A DNA stretch of 64,000 nt from Lophium mytilinum (lineage: Eukaryota). The stretch lies in the NCBI GenBank assembly GCA_010093605.1, contig MU004196.1:146606-210605 (forward strand), given 5' to 3'. Made by a program: the position numbers and the translations under genes. Below, one piece after another: positions 44,605-57,679 of this stretch. The notes below the pieces were generated by a model. That model was given only the letters and a program-made list of their open reading frames with translations. It had not been told where the DNA came from and made no database searches. Within the stretch, counting starts at the first letter, position 1. Each line of letters opens with the position of its first letter.

Positions 44605-45001
44605 AATGCCAGCTGCTTGGCGCATTTCGCTCTTCAATGCCAGAAAACTCCACGAACACGCCGGATCAACAAGCCGACGCCCACTTGAGGCCTGCTTTAG
44701 CCTCTTAGAACTCCTATATTGCGGAGGAAAGCCCTTTTCTGGACCGAATGCTACCGCGTTTACGGTCGGTTTATCGATATCATGGTGCCGCAATAATTTA
44801 CTATCCAGGATCATCTTTCTTCTTGCTGCTGACTTGGCAGGCCGATCTCCGCGCTATCCCACCGGATGCGCCTCGCGATTGCATACATGGATGCTTGAAG
44901 CTAACCCATACACAGCCGTTTCCCGCTTGAAGTGAGAGCGATAATTTCCTGATGGCGTTTTTCTGGCATCCAAGAGCGAAATGCGCCAAGCAACTGGCAT
45001 T
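44605..45001. repeat. 43-bp inverted repeat pair (40/43 identical) enclosing about 310 bp; possible old MITE upstream of the NLR
   Basis: 44605-44647 AATGCCAGCTGCTTGGCGCATTTCGCTCTTCAATGCCAGAAAA versus the reverse complement of 44959-45001. No clear TSD. Confidence 0.75.
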
Positions 45002-46099
45002 GAAAACTATTGCCCATTATTCTCAGGTGCAGCATTTCGCCCGGGCATCCCGAATGTGTCTGTGTCTGATTCGTCCAGATTTTCCAGCTTTCGCATGTCT
45101 TTGATCTTGAAATGAAAGATGTTAGCAATCCGCCATGAAATATTTGCAGAACATCTTACAATATCAGCGTCAACGCTTCTCTTTCTTTCAGCCTATCCTA
45201 CTCCCAGCTCTAACACGGTGTCGAACCCCTTCCTGCCTATTTGCTTATCCAGCAGCTTCTTGCATATCCTTCTTTCTTCCATTCAATAGCTAGCTTCCTC
45301 ACGATACTAATCCAAACGGCACTTGTTGGCCCCACGTATGATCTTGATTGCCTTTCAGTCTCACTGTCAATTAACGGCAGTCAAGCGACCACAGCAGCCA
45401 TCAAACAGGCAGACTGATCTCGCAGATCGCTTCAAATGCTCTTCCAACGCACTCCAATACCTGTTTTACAGCCCTTCCCCGAGTCCCCTTATCCGCCTTT
45501 CTCCAGAAGCCGAGTCATCCAACTCCAATTGGAAAAGTTGGAGCCTCGCGCTATGACCTCAAAACGAACGATTGCTTAAGACCGACCATACAGACCAGCT
45601 GCCATAGAAGTTCACGGGAGATATATAAAAGGAAGCCATACATCTCACCAACTCAGGAATACCACATCATCGATCATCGGCGCCACATCCAAACGCGCGC
45701 TTTGCGATTACGCAGACCAGATATCGACACAAGAAAACGCGTATCATACGCACGCACGACGGAGAGTGAGATGGAAATGGACTGACATCTCAGGACCGCA
45801 GTCCCTAGTATTATTTTTCTCATGAAGCGAGATCATACAAACCCCAATACCTTTCTCAGAACCCTCACGAAGAGTTCTTATCCAACCACATCCTATCCCA
45901 TTATTACACACTCCAACGCAAAAACGCTCAGACGCAGCCCTCCACGCGCCCAAAATCCCACGCTATGCCCAGAACACCTGACCTAACCCAAGCCCCCTCG
46001 TACGCCGCGCTAGAACCCAAAAAAAGATCACAGGGTAGTGTAGTTATCAACAAGAAAAACGTCATGAACATCCCAATCGCTAGACAACCACAGAACTAA

Positions 46100-48517
46100 T
46101 CAAAACCGCCGTTGCCCACCCGCAAACTCATCATCCTGCACCTCAACAAACCTCCCCCGGATCGGCCGCTGCTCGCCGCTCACCGCCCGCACATTCAGCG
46201 GCTGCGGGTAGAAGTGCGCCGGCGTATTGGTCTTGCTGGGTGGGGAGTCGTAGTCCTCCCGGTTCACGCTCTCGTAACCGCCCCGTGTAGTCGCGGAGGT
46301 GGGCGTGACGGGCGCGGGAGGGGCGAGAGAGGGGGAGCGGGGTGGGGGGAAGTGCTCATTGGCCATGGCGTCGCGGGAGGGGTCGTAGGGAGGGTTGGAG
46401 AGGGTGCGGCGGTGTTGGTGGTGCTGCTGCTGCTGGGCGTAGGCGGCGGCGTAGTGAGGGTCGTTGGGGGAGAGTTGGGGGTCGTATTGCTGCTGTTGTT
46501 GGTCTTGGTAGCCTTGTGGGTAGGTGCCTGGGGGATATGCGGATGGTGGGTACGTTCCTGGAGGGTAGGGTTGCGGTGGGTATGATGTGTGTGGACTTGA
46601 GGGGTAGCTGCCTTGTTGCGTTGGATACCCAGAGATGGGTGTGTGGTATTCAGCGGGGCGAGTAGGTGGAGTTCCGTAAGGAGAGTGCTGATGGTTGTAG
46701 GATGGAGCAGCGCTTTGGGCGCCAGGAGAGTGAGCCCACTTCGCGGGGTTTTCGGCGACAGCGCTCATTTCGGTGGCCGGGTTGTTCACTGGTAGCTCTA
46801 CGGGTGGTGGAGGTGGAGCCTGGGGTGCTGGCTTATTCTTGAGGTTCTTCTTGTGGCGATGAAGACAGAAAAGCGCGAGAAGGAGCACTGCTATGAGAAA
46901 AACAAGACCGCCGACTGCACCTCCGGCGATGGCACCAACGTGGCTATTATGGTGGCTTGTGCCGTTTCCTGGCGCTGAGGTTCCAGAAGGGAAATATCGT
47001 GTTGCCGTACGAGCAGCAAAAGTGGGAACACGAGTGAAGTAGACAGAAAGATCAGGGTTGCTCCAATCGCTCGCAGGCTTCGTAGCTGTTGCTCCACCAG
47101 TAGGTCTGCACATGGTTAGAACTGTATCAATACAGGGAACTTCGTAACTTACCCGCCACCAATTACTGAAATGATCGGCGTAGGAATGAGATATTTGGTG
47201 ATATTCGGATGGTACTGGTCCCACAGCGAGTTTGCAGGGCCATTTTCGCCCAGATTCATGTTATGAGTTCCCCATACGTTCGGAGAGTCGCAGCTGTCAG
47301 TGTTCGCAAAGTAGCCTCCAATGACAAGCATTTGCGAGTAGTCGATAACGTTGCAGCTGCTGATGCCATGGGGGGCCGACCCTTCTCCGTACATCTTCAC
47401 CCACTTGAAAGAAGGTACGCTAAGGACGTAGGCATCATCGAATCCAGTAATGTTATGGATACCTTGTCCGCCGTAGAGATAGCTGCAATCCGTCAGTTCT
47501 CAGATATCAGGAGCCGGTAGTGGCGGTGTGTCTTACATGTTGTAAGATGAGTGGTCGTCAGCCCACGTGACGCCAGCGCAGAACTTCCTCCGCATGTCAG
47601 GGATCTCTCCGGTCGCGTTTTGAGTGTACCATTTCGATGATGCTACATCAAACAGATGAATTTCCTAGGCTTAGTCAGTAAAGCGATTCGGCGCGTTGTA
47701 TAGAAATGCCTTACACTCATGTTGGCGCCGACGACAGTCCCATCCTGGTACGGGTCCGTGACGCCGCCAAAATACACCAGCATCCCTCCGTCCGACGCCG
47801 GTAGATACGACATCACACCTTCTGCTCTGCCCATGCTGTCTGGTCCGGTATTGTTTGTCCAAGTGTTGGTGTTCATGTCGTACTTGATGAGGTTGCTTGT
47901 GGCAAGCGGAGCGCCATTCCATCCTGGCACAGTCTGATTGTTCATCCATCCACCGTAATAGAAGCCATATCCGAGGTCATCTATCGTCGTACCCGCGCCA
48001 AAAGCAACTCTTTCGATACCCTGCAGTACACCGTCGGTATGGTTCCATTGATTCAGAACGGTGTCGTACATCCAGAATGAAAAATCGTCAGGCGAGTCTT
48101 GGAATTGTCCGCCGTAAAGGTAGAACACTTTGTTGGCCTCATCGGTCCATAATATGCCACCAGAAACGCTTGGTATGGAGCTGTTCTTCGTCAAGTTCGC
48201 GTGCAGTTGGGGCATTCCGCCGTCGTCGGTGGTCGTGTTAAGGTCATTGTAAAGGAGCCATGTATCTTGCGCCAGGTCAGCAAGCAGTCTGAGAGCGGAA
48301 ACTGATATTTAGAATAGTACATACTAGTAAAGTTCGCTGGATTAGCTGATATGGGGCTCCATTGCACCAAGCCCCCGTCAATGTAAAGTTTTCTATCAAT
48401 GACAGCAGTCTGGTGTCCAAATCGGCGGCAGAAATCGTTCAAGGGATCTTTGGTGTCTTGCAAGGATTGAGCTGCAAACACAAGGGCGACGACTAGGCAA
48501 AACAGCGCGCGTGCCAT
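46100..48517 (-). CDS. Type I membrane protein with extracellular Kelch/galactose-oxidase-like propeller and Pro/Tyr/Gln-rich cytoplasmic tail; multi-exon
   Basis: Signal peptide, FCRRFGHQTAVIDRKLYIDGG, repeated xxxGG Kelch motifs (YLYGG, YYGG, VYFGG, LVIGG), TM GAIAGGAVGGLVFLIAVLLLALFC. Confidence 0.85.
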
Positions 48518-50651
48518 GGTCGAATCAAACTACAGGCTGCAAATGGCATATATGAATGCCCGTGGAGTGTGGCAGCCGGCCGCATGAGAGAAGAGGAGAC
48601 GAAGACACGAGAACCAGCAGCTTGGGATGAGAAAAGACGTGTGGCAGCACAGGGCTGAAAGGGTGGGTGGAGAGCGGAGGAGATCTCCAGCAGTCTTACT
48701 TGATTGACCGCGCCCCAGGATGGCGCTGACAGTGACACAACGGCAGGTCCCTCGTCTGCCCTCAGCGGACGTGCGGCGCCCTGCCGCCGAGTCCAATGGG
48801 CTGAGGGCTGAGCGTTGAAGGGCTCGAGCCAGGGCCGTGGTGGAGGCTGCGGCATCCTGGCATGGTGGTGGGTGGCTCTCACGAGACAGCGGGGGCTGCG
48901 TTGTCGAGCTGCAGGCCAGCATCCAGACGCTCTTTCGACTGCCTCGCGTGGCGGCAGTAGTTCATACTACTAGCCGTTTGAAGTTCCGCTCATCTCGATC
49001 AAACAGCGCGAGCCCGCGTGGCGTCGGCGTGCTAGACAGAGTGCGGTGAGGGCCATCAACCTCACAGCCGCACGCTGGGGGAACTGGGAGCGGCGAAGTA
49101 AGCACCGCGCCTCCTCCCATGGCCGTCGCTCTTGACTCGTCGACGGTGCAGCTGGCGGTGGAGACACGGCGCCCATCTCGGGACGAACACGATATCGGCG
49201 ACATTTTTCGCGAGGGAAGCACTTGGCAAATACTGCTGTGCTGCCAGCGGGAGCACCGAATCGACCCAGAAGCACGAGCGCGATGACGGGCCGTTGCACA
49301 AGTTCACGATTTGTGCGCCCGTCTGGCCATGGGGAAAACGGCGACCCGTGGTTGGCAGCATCACGCCAATATTGCAAACACTCGTTTACTGTTCTGTACA
49401 TCTTCGATGATATCACAGCACAGTGAACCTCGCCGAATGTAGTTGAGGCGATGCCAGGTTTATTGATGCCATATCTCCTGACGGAACCGAGGGCCCTATC
49501 CGCCGTACACCTCGTTCAGTTCTGCGTAAACTTCCGAGAATGCTTGCCTTGCGATATGCGATGCATGCTTGTCTTTCATGTGGCTCCTTGTGGCTCCTTG
49601 TCGTTCAGGCCTTCATATTTAGGCGTCCTGCCAGCCCTGATGGAGGATGGAGGATGCTTTTTTAAGATGAAGATCAGTGCTGTGCCCGGACTTCCACATT
49701 CTACCCGTGGCTTAAGCCAGCGAACGGTCCGATAAGAGAGACTCCGGCACGCATGATAGGAACAGGCAATTGATCCCGCCTCGTTTCACATCTTCTCGCC
49801 GCAGAGACCGTCTGCCGTTGTGAAGGAAGCTTAATCAAAGGGGACACGGGGGTCACGTCACGGGGGTGGGGATCTTCAGTGCAGGCTGTGTAGAACCCAA
49901 ATAGAACAGCAGTTCGCCCCTCCGCGAACATCAATATTGGCACCAGAGCGTAAAGTGAGACACAGCCTTGGCGACCAAAACCACGACCCAACGGCCCGAC
50001 TACCTAGCGACTGCACATCCAGTGGAAAATCTGTTGCCCTAAAAGCGAACCCGTAGCTCTCAAGCGCTCGCTGCGCGTCAGAAAAGACGCACAGCCACGC
50101 GAATCGCGAGCCCCAGGATTAGAAAGGAACTTCGTCGTTCTCGGTCAATCGAAAATATGGACAGCCAACGGAGATGTTTGTGACCGCCCAGGAGCATTGG
50201 AGACCTTGGTAATATGTAACGAGGAGGAAGCGAGGGACGCGGAGAAGAGTTTTTGATGTCAGTGGTGCACGGACGCAGCGCTAGGCCGGTTTGGGATGTC
50301 ACGGGCCTGGCCAACCTCCTTTTGAGGATGTCAATACTTTGTCACGTGGAGAAGCATCTGGATGAGGTTCAGAAGGTATGGCGAGCGGCAGGCAGTTTAT
50401 TGAAGAAGTTTGATTCATCGTGGAAAGTCTGACCGACGTGGAGTTATGGGGCTTCTCCAATCACATCGCAGGCGGTCTATTAGACCTCATAGCATTGCTA
50501 ACATACTCTAGGCATTATGTTGGTACCGGGAGCAAACGATATATAGAAACTAGTTGTTGATACCGCTAAACTAATCCTCAAATGCTATCATGGTGCCTTT
50601 TGCAAGTCATACCAAAATTCGCTTCGTGGAGCCTATTACTATAACTATAAC

Positions 50652-52580
50652 CTACCAATGCGCAGTTGGCAAATTCCGAACCGAGAAGACAGGGTTAAAA
50701 TCGATGTTCACCTGCTTCCATCGGGCTCCTTCCATCACATCTAGACTCTCTTTCCTGAAAGGGCCTGTCATCCGTGTAACCTCGATTCCCAACTCGCGGA
50801 AAGTCCAGAAGCGTGCTCGATCACAGCTTCGCTCTACGAAGCAAATATCTATGCGTTGTAGAGTAGTCGCATGTCTGTCTTGATAGAACCTCTCGAAGAG
50901 ATCCTCCATAAGTCTCGCGATGGGGCCCTCGATGTCGTGCGGAAACTCTTCATCCACTCCAACAATATCACAAAGTATAAAGATCTTCAAATGTTTGGAG
51001 GGACTAAAGGAGATAGGTAATGGCTTTTCCCACACAAACTGATCTCTTTATTAATACTGTTGATTGGAAATGAGTTACCCAGCAAATCGAAAAGAAGACA
51101 ATGAATATCAGGCTGGATACCTCGCACATACGCGGGTAATTGCTTTGGAAAACGGCCAACCATAGATCCACGAGATCTTGCGGGCATTCCTAAAAGTTGG
51201 CATGATCCAAAGCTTATCCATTCGAGATACATGACGTCTTCTCTTAGGAGCTTTACACTGACCTGTTCAAATGCTTCGATATTCATATCGATCTCAAGCT
51301 GCTCTAGGTTATCACAGAGTCCCGCTAGTTTCTCAAGCTCCACAATCGTCCATCCTGCGCTGTACTGTCGAGACAAGTCCACTGGTGCGCGAGCTGTGAG
51401 ACTTTGCAATGATTTCGCCTGCTTAGAAATGGCCGGTAACAAGATCTTCCAATCCATACTCTCATTGATGATCGAGAGTGTTTCCAAGCGATCTATAGAG
51501 TTTATGAAGTCTATGACAATACATGGATCATCGTATCCATCAATACATCCGTGATATGGCGCTTTCCGAAGACCGATACATAGTGATCGGAGATTTGGCA
51601 GTCGTCCGCAAAACCGCTTGAAGAAATGCGGAGGGCAACGGTTGCCTAGATCAAGGCATCTGAGGCGGCTCCAGTCCATGGATCTTTCCAAGGCCTCGCA
51701 ATGTTCCAGAGTGAAATCGTAAAACCCGACCTTGGTCTGCACTTTTCCCGGCAGACTGAGTTCTTGAAGGGGTGGAAGTCGGTCCTCCGACTGAAGAGGC
51801 AAATTAAGGTTTTCTTGTTGCCAGTATTGAACGCTGCGAATGGCAGACACTTGATCAGTGAGATCGTTCCATAATTCGGTTGACGCAATCTCTAGCTTCA
51901 GTATCCTGAGTCGGCTGTTTCCTACAAGTATTCGTCTCAATGCCTCAAGTTCGGACCTCGGTCGAAGAACATAGTTTGCCTCTCCATTCTCGACCACCAA
52001 GTCCCCTACAGTATCGTAGAGGAAGACCAAACATGTCAATGAATAGAGTAACGGAGAGCCGAGAAGGCGCAAGTCCAGTGGTATTGACGCAATTTCCGCC
52101 TCTGGTCTGCGGAGGTTGCTAACAAAGAGGTTTACAGATGGCCACCGGCTTTCAAGAATCGAGATAAAACTCTCCGGGATGTGTCGGTTCGCGTTCCAGG
52201 CGAAAGATTGGAGGTGTTTGAGGTTGCAGAGCACTTGCTCGAGCTTGAACCAGCCATTTTCTTCTTTGAAATCAGCTATCGTGATCTGCCTGACATGCTC
52301 CGACAGGTCGTGATTGGCATCGAGCAAGAGGATTATCAACTGCTGTGAAGCGCCTGCAAAGGGTCCGACGTCACTGAGTGTTATGGAGCGCCATCTGAAG
52401 GGATCTGCAAGGCGTTTTGTCCATTTTGATACTAACGCTAATTGCTTGAAGGATTGTGGACGGTCGGTATCGAGCTTCTCGCCGTTAGCTATTGAGCGGG
52501 AAGCGCCGAACGGAAGGAAAGAGAACCTGATCAAAAATAAGGCGCATGGAATCATCATTCAACTTCATCAGATTCGCCAT
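50652..52580 (-). CDS. F-box protein with degenerate LRR-like region; 3' exon structure uncertain
   Basis: Spliced N-terminus MANLMKLNDDSMRLIFDQ|LDTDRPQSFKQLALVSKWTKRLADPFRWRSITL fits an F-box. Repeated LxxLxL units (LRILKL, LQELSL, LRCLDL, LRSLCI, LETLSI, LEQLEI). Confidence 0.7.
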
Positions 52581-54553
52581 TATTGAGACGATTTCTATGT
52601 CTTCGTTGTAGGTGACGATTCGTCCGGTGGTTCAACGTCGCCTGTTTTTCTGTAGATACCGGCGTTCGAATGCTACGTTGGCGGCACAGTTGAAATGGGA
52701 TAGCTTGAATCTAGAGTAAGAAAGGAGTTGGAACTAGGCTGCAAGTCCGAAACCGTTTGCAATCACGATGAAGACGCGAAAACTCCAATTGCTCCCCTTG
52801 CAATATAGAGAAGCCTTGGTCCTTTGGATCTTCTTCGTCCAATTGCCTAGAACTTAGAAGTGTTTGTGTATGGTGTATTTATGGGAAGTTGAAGCGCGTC
52901 GTGGAGCGTCAGCCCAGTTTTGACTAACCCAATTTGGATAGCTCATGGCCCCCCACCAATTCTGTCAACGGCCAGCTCCCAGCCTCGTGCCTCCATCATC
53001 TCCATCGACCTGCCATTATGATATCTGCGGATGGAGTCCGATTTTGCACGGAATTAAGTTCGCTTCTATCGCTCTGTCTCAACATTGGTCTTCGACAGAC
53101 CCATGTGCCTGCGATGGATGGACCTACGGTTCTCTGGAGTATTGGAGTACATATCTTCTTACCAATATTCTACGCAATAGTGCATATTGGCGAACATGCT
53201 ACGTTTTTATGTCTTCTCATGGAACACAGGCCTATCGGCTATCTCGAGCAATTTGATCGCAAGGCTACATGACATTATGGCTGTTCTTGTTGTACCCCGC
53301 AGGAAGAGTCGAAGCAACCAGCAGCCAAATTTGCCCAGTCCTTCAATCCTTGGCTATTACCAGAAGTCATCTTGTCGGCATTTCTCCTTAGGTTCCCTAA
53401 ATCAGTCCAGTATCTCCAAAATGCTGTTGTATAGATTAGAAAGGTAACAGAGACAAAAGCAAATAAGACAGGGGTATAGTAGGACCAAAGCCTCGGAGCC
53501 ATCCATAGGGATCCGTGGTTCTTACCGATCAAATGACCGATACGTTCTAGAAATCTACAACGTCTACATGGAACGTCTCATACCTATCGGACTCCATTCT
53601 AGCACATACTGCTCCAGGACCTGGGGCCGAATATAATTCCCACCACAAAGTACTCTCAACCGCGACGCATGGAAAGGCATATACAACACATCCGCTTCTA
53701 CCATTATCATCTCGACTCTGATGCTATTGAGCTTCAGTATCTCTTGGCATTCCGCCATGAGGTGAAAGATCGTGCGAGAAGGCGCGTGTACGCTGGGTCA
53801 AAGCTCTTCCCTACCTGTGGGGAGTTAGTACAGGAAGAACCCAATTCAAGATATATGCCTCTCGTCTTCAGAAGCAGCGCCAGTCTTTCGAACCTCACAA
53901 GAGCTACCTCGCCAACGAGATAGGGTGGAGTTACGGTATGCACACACCGCGCCAAGAAATACATTCTGTCACTCAAAGTACGCAGGGGCAAAATACTAGC
54001 CAGCAGGTTTAGGAATAGACATTGAAGCTGCCCGATAGATCTAAGACACTTGTACAGTACCAAATTAGACGTTTGGGCACTCTTCACAGCTCTTTGGGGT
54101 ACGCCCATCGTCTCTAGAAACTACAGGTACATTGTAAAGGTCATCGCCATGGAAATTAGACTACCATTTGACTAACGGGAGACATGCTAACTAGGCCACT
54201 CCTAACAGTGATGTCGAGAGAGCAAGAGTAAGCTAGGGTAATCGTATATCCATGGCCCAGTGCTGTACTCACAAGACATCATGTAGATCAGACCCTGAGC
54301 GAGACTAACCGAATACTTCTAACTTTTCGAAACTACATTTCCAGTACACAAGTCTAGGCACGCCGCCCTCCAACATCTTCCAGGAATATGACAATGAGCT
54401 GAAGCACCCCAAACAGCGGCCAACCAGGCCAACCATAAGCGCATGCAACCTCCCCGATTCAAAGTCTCAAGTTCTTTACATATCCTCGGAAATTTGATAA
54501 CCCACTAGAGCACCCCAAACAGTGGCGAGCCAACAGCAAAAACGCTCCCAAAC

Positions 54554-55798
54554 CTACTCCTCTCCCAGCCCCCCCTTCCATGCTTCCAGCAGCGCCTCAT
54601 AAAACGCTGGCGTTCCCTCGTTCTCCCACAAATCCATCCCAACCGCCAATTCTTGACACCGCCTCTCCCCCAGCACCACGGACAACACCCCATCCAATCC
54701 CTTCGCCTTCTCCGCCTCCGCGACATACCCCACATATTCCGCTCTCAGCGCCGCCTTAGGCTCGCTATCCCGATCCATCCTCACCTCCCAGCTCTGCAGC
54801 TCTGGGTTCCCCCTCGCCGTCCGCCCCGCCTGGACCAGCACGTCCGGAAAGTCCGGCAGAAATAACGGCAAACGCACTAGCTCCCAGGGCACCGTCGTGC
54901 TCTGTTCCCAGTCGACCACCGCGGTGATCTTGGTAGTATTCGCGGCGTCGACAAGGACGTTATGGTGGGAGAAGTCGCCGTGGACTAGCGGAAACGGACC
55001 GGGGCGGAGAGGCATAGACGGAAGAAGTTCTTCCAGCGCTTTCGGAAAATTAAGAGCGGAGGCGACAAGGGGTTCTACAAGATCTGGTTCCTGGCGTTCG
55101 CAGACGGCGCGGAGGTTGCTTTCCGTGCGGTTAAAGGGCGTGTGGCGACACCAAGCTGCGAAGTAGTCGGCTGCGGTGTCAAACGGCCCGCCGAGATACG
55201 GGATGGGACCGATATCATACGTACCGTCGTCGAGCTGGATGATAGAGCCAATCTTCGGGAAGCGGACGGAGGCGATCTCTGCGTGGAGTTCAGCGAAGGC
55301 GGGGAAGAAGGAGGCGCGGTACTCCCTAGGGACTTGTCCGCCGCGGCCTAGCCCGCCAAAGGCGTCGATTGCGTTCATCCCGTATAAGAATTCCATGAGC
55401 ATGAAGGCGGCGCCTACGGGGCTATTGAGCGCATTGGGCTCGTAGGCGTACACTTGCGGGACGCGGATTGAGGTCTGCTCGGCGAGTAGCCGCATTGTGG
55501 CTACCTCGCTGTGGAAACGGAGTTCCTGGTCTGTTGACTCTGGCTCGCCGCCACTACGCCGCAGACGGACGACCCATTTGGTGCTGTCGCTGAAGTTGAG
55601 GAGGCGGAGGACGTTGCGGCCGCCGGCATTGCACTCGTTTGCTAGCTGGCAGGCGATGGCGGTTTCTTGATCTCCGAGCATTTCCTGCTTCTTGACGAGG
55701 GCGTAGTCGACGAGGGCGGGCCAGTTGACATCGCCCCACTCCCGCTCCCAGTCGATGTTGGTGTCCTTCCAAGCGAAGTCGCTTGAGTCGGCGGTCAT
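54554..55798 (-). CDS. Aminoglycoside phosphotransferase/choline kinase-like (APH) protein
   Basis: SEVATMRLL...VPQVY, FMLMEFLYG, Brenner-type HGDFSHHNVLV and AVVDWE. Confidence 0.88.
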   Translation of the reverse strand: MTADSSDFAWKDTNIDWEREWGDVNWPALVDYALVKKQEMLGDQETAIACQLANECNAGGRNVLRLLNFSDSTKWVVRLRRSGGEPESTDQELRFHSEVATMRLLAEQTSIRVPQVYAYEPNALNSPVGAAFMLMEFLYGMNAIDAFGGLGRGGQVPREYRASFFPAFAELHAEIASVRFPKIGSIIQLDDGTYDIGPIPYLGGPFDTAADYFAAWCRHTPFNRTESNLRAVCERQEPDLVEPLVASALNFPKALEELLPSMPLRPGPFPLVHGDFSHHNVLVDAANTTKITAVVDWEQSTTVPWELVRLPLFLPDFPDVLVQAGRTARGNPELQSWEVRMDRDSEPKAALRAEYVGYVAEAEKAKGLDGVLSVVLGERRCQELAVGMDLWENEGTPAFYEALLEAWKGGLGEE

Positions 55799-56313
55799 CT
55801 TCTGGAGGAGCGGGAAGGACTGGACAGGGCTTGTGGTGGTGTGGTGGTGGTGGTGGTGGTGATAGGAGGAGGTGTAGGGGTAAAGAGGGTGTTGATAAAA
55901 TCTTATATGAGAGAAGCAAGATGAACAATGGTTTTGTGAACGACATTGGTCGATGGAAGAGATTCACTTGGGATCTTAAAGATCTCCATGCTGAAGTGCC
56001 CTGCAAAAAGCGTGGGCTCATAAACTACGGATTGAGTTGCTCCGGCGCATCGAAAACACTGCGATAACATGTAAAGCCCCCGTGAGCTTAAATAAGAGAT
56101 ACCCTACTTGCTGGAACACGGCCTGCTTGCCTCTGTTTGTGGCGCTTCAGGACGTCATCATAACCTGGAAGAGATGGTAAGGCGGCGTGCTCAGATCCGT
56201 GTCGTCGTACTGGACAGTTCTGCACATCGTTGTAACCTCATTGTAGCTTGTACACAATGTGAATATTGCACCTCTTGTATACTTTAATCAGCTTGTTAAA
56301 GCACAATGAGTAC

Positions 56314-56835
56314 CTAAAGTGCAAATATGCAGACACCTAGGCCCTGACACTCCGGGTGATCCTGTTCGCATTGGCTGAAGTCATAATTGCAGTCTTGGGC
56401 GCCGGTGATAATGCACATCCAGGGTTCGTGAACATGACAGCTAACGGGATCAACAATATTGGAATCCCGAGGCTTCTTGATCTGGCAGTTGGCGGGGTTG
56501 CTGATAGGGCAGTGAACAGGCTCGCTGATATTGCAGAATCTGGCGTTAACGATGGCGCAGTTCTTGGGCTTATGGACATCGCAGCGCGTCGAGTCGGTGA
56601 TGATACCTCCTTGGGGAGCCCTGATATCGCAGCCGATGGCGTCGATAATAGTACAGTCCTCAGGATCCAAGATAGTACAGAATTGAGGATTGATAATGTG
56701 GCAACCAGTGGGGTTGGTAAGAAGCCAGCCTTGTGGGGCGATGATTTGGCCGCCTCTGCGTACGGTGATAATGCGGTAGGTAGGAGCAGTGTTTCTTTGG
56801 GCATTATGTAGGTTGACTTCTTGAGGAACGACCAT
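56314..56835 (-). CDS. Cys-rich octapeptide-repeat protein (15 x [ILV]xxPxxCx), predicted beta-solenoid
   Basis: Gap-free 8-residue periodicity over 120 aa with diverged DNA. ATG in good context (CACCATGG) and TATAA about 180 bp upstream. Confidence 0.8.
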   Translation of the reverse strand: MVVPQEVNLHNAQRNTAPTYRIITVRRGGQIIAPQGWLLTNPTGCHIINPQFCTILDPEDCTIIDAIGCDIRAPQGGIITDSTRCDVHKPKNCAIVNARFCNISEPVHCPISNPANCQIKKPRDSNIVDPVSCHVHEPWMCIITGAQDCNYDFSQCEQDHPECQGLGVCIFAL

Positions 56836-57679
56836 GGTGAATGATGTGTAAATGGCTATCGGTTCATGGACGGAATAATGAATTTAAATTTGCAGAAGAG
56901 GACGCGGCTGAAGCTTTTGAACTGGCATGAGAAGGTATTCTTTGCTTGGAAGGAAAGACACGTACGAGGAATTCGTCGACCCAGGGAAGTTGTAAGACAC
57001 ACTTCCGTGGTCTTATAACGTCTTACCCTTTCTAGCAAGACGAGGAGCATGGTAGGCATACAATTTGAGGGAGCGGTGCCCGGAGCAGCTGAAGTCCAAT
57101 GGATCGAGCCTTCGCTACCAGCCTTCCAGCTGCGCTTGATACTTTTGAGCGACGTCTCTGCTGCGACCTAGGTATAAGGCCTACAATGTACCAGAACTAA
57201 TGTAGAATCTAGTCATATGGTTGTACATACCGAACTAGCGTGACATCTCGAGATTGATTGCAACCGGAGATCTCCTTTTTGGAAACATTGATGATCATCT
57301 CCTCTCCCAGTAGACTCCAGACACGCTATCGCAGTTCCAATAAAAACAATATACAAAAAGAAGGGCGGAGCCAGCTACTTCCTAACCTCCTTTGACACTC
57401 ATCGTGTTAGTTGCAATATATCCAAGTTGAAATCGGTATTTCGCAATGACCAGAACAACATCAGCTCCCAAAATATAAACTTACAGCGCTTCGAAGGCCA
57501 TATTTATTTAGAATCCCCATATTCCTTTGCCAATACTACTTCAAGGTATGTGCAGGTGGAGTGATATGCTCCATCCTTCCGATCTGTCCTTGAATCGACG
57601 CCATGTCCTCGATACCGTTCCCACGGTAAATCATGAGCTATTTCGATATTGGTTATCCCCATCGTGAGTCCTACGATAC

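Noticed and set aside
52930..54150. Fragmentary ORFs on both strands
   Set aside because: No consistent frame, splice model or recognisable motif. Possibly a gene relic but unsupported.
56314..56335. C-terminal prenylation signal in ...VCIFAL
   Set aside because: The Cys is at position -5, not the canonical CaaX position -4.
56337..56811. Two extra ORFs overlapping the octapeptide gene (alternative frame and antisense)
   Set aside because: By-products of the repeat's codon composition. Only the 56314-56835 frame has an ATG and the strict Ile/Pro/Cys pattern.
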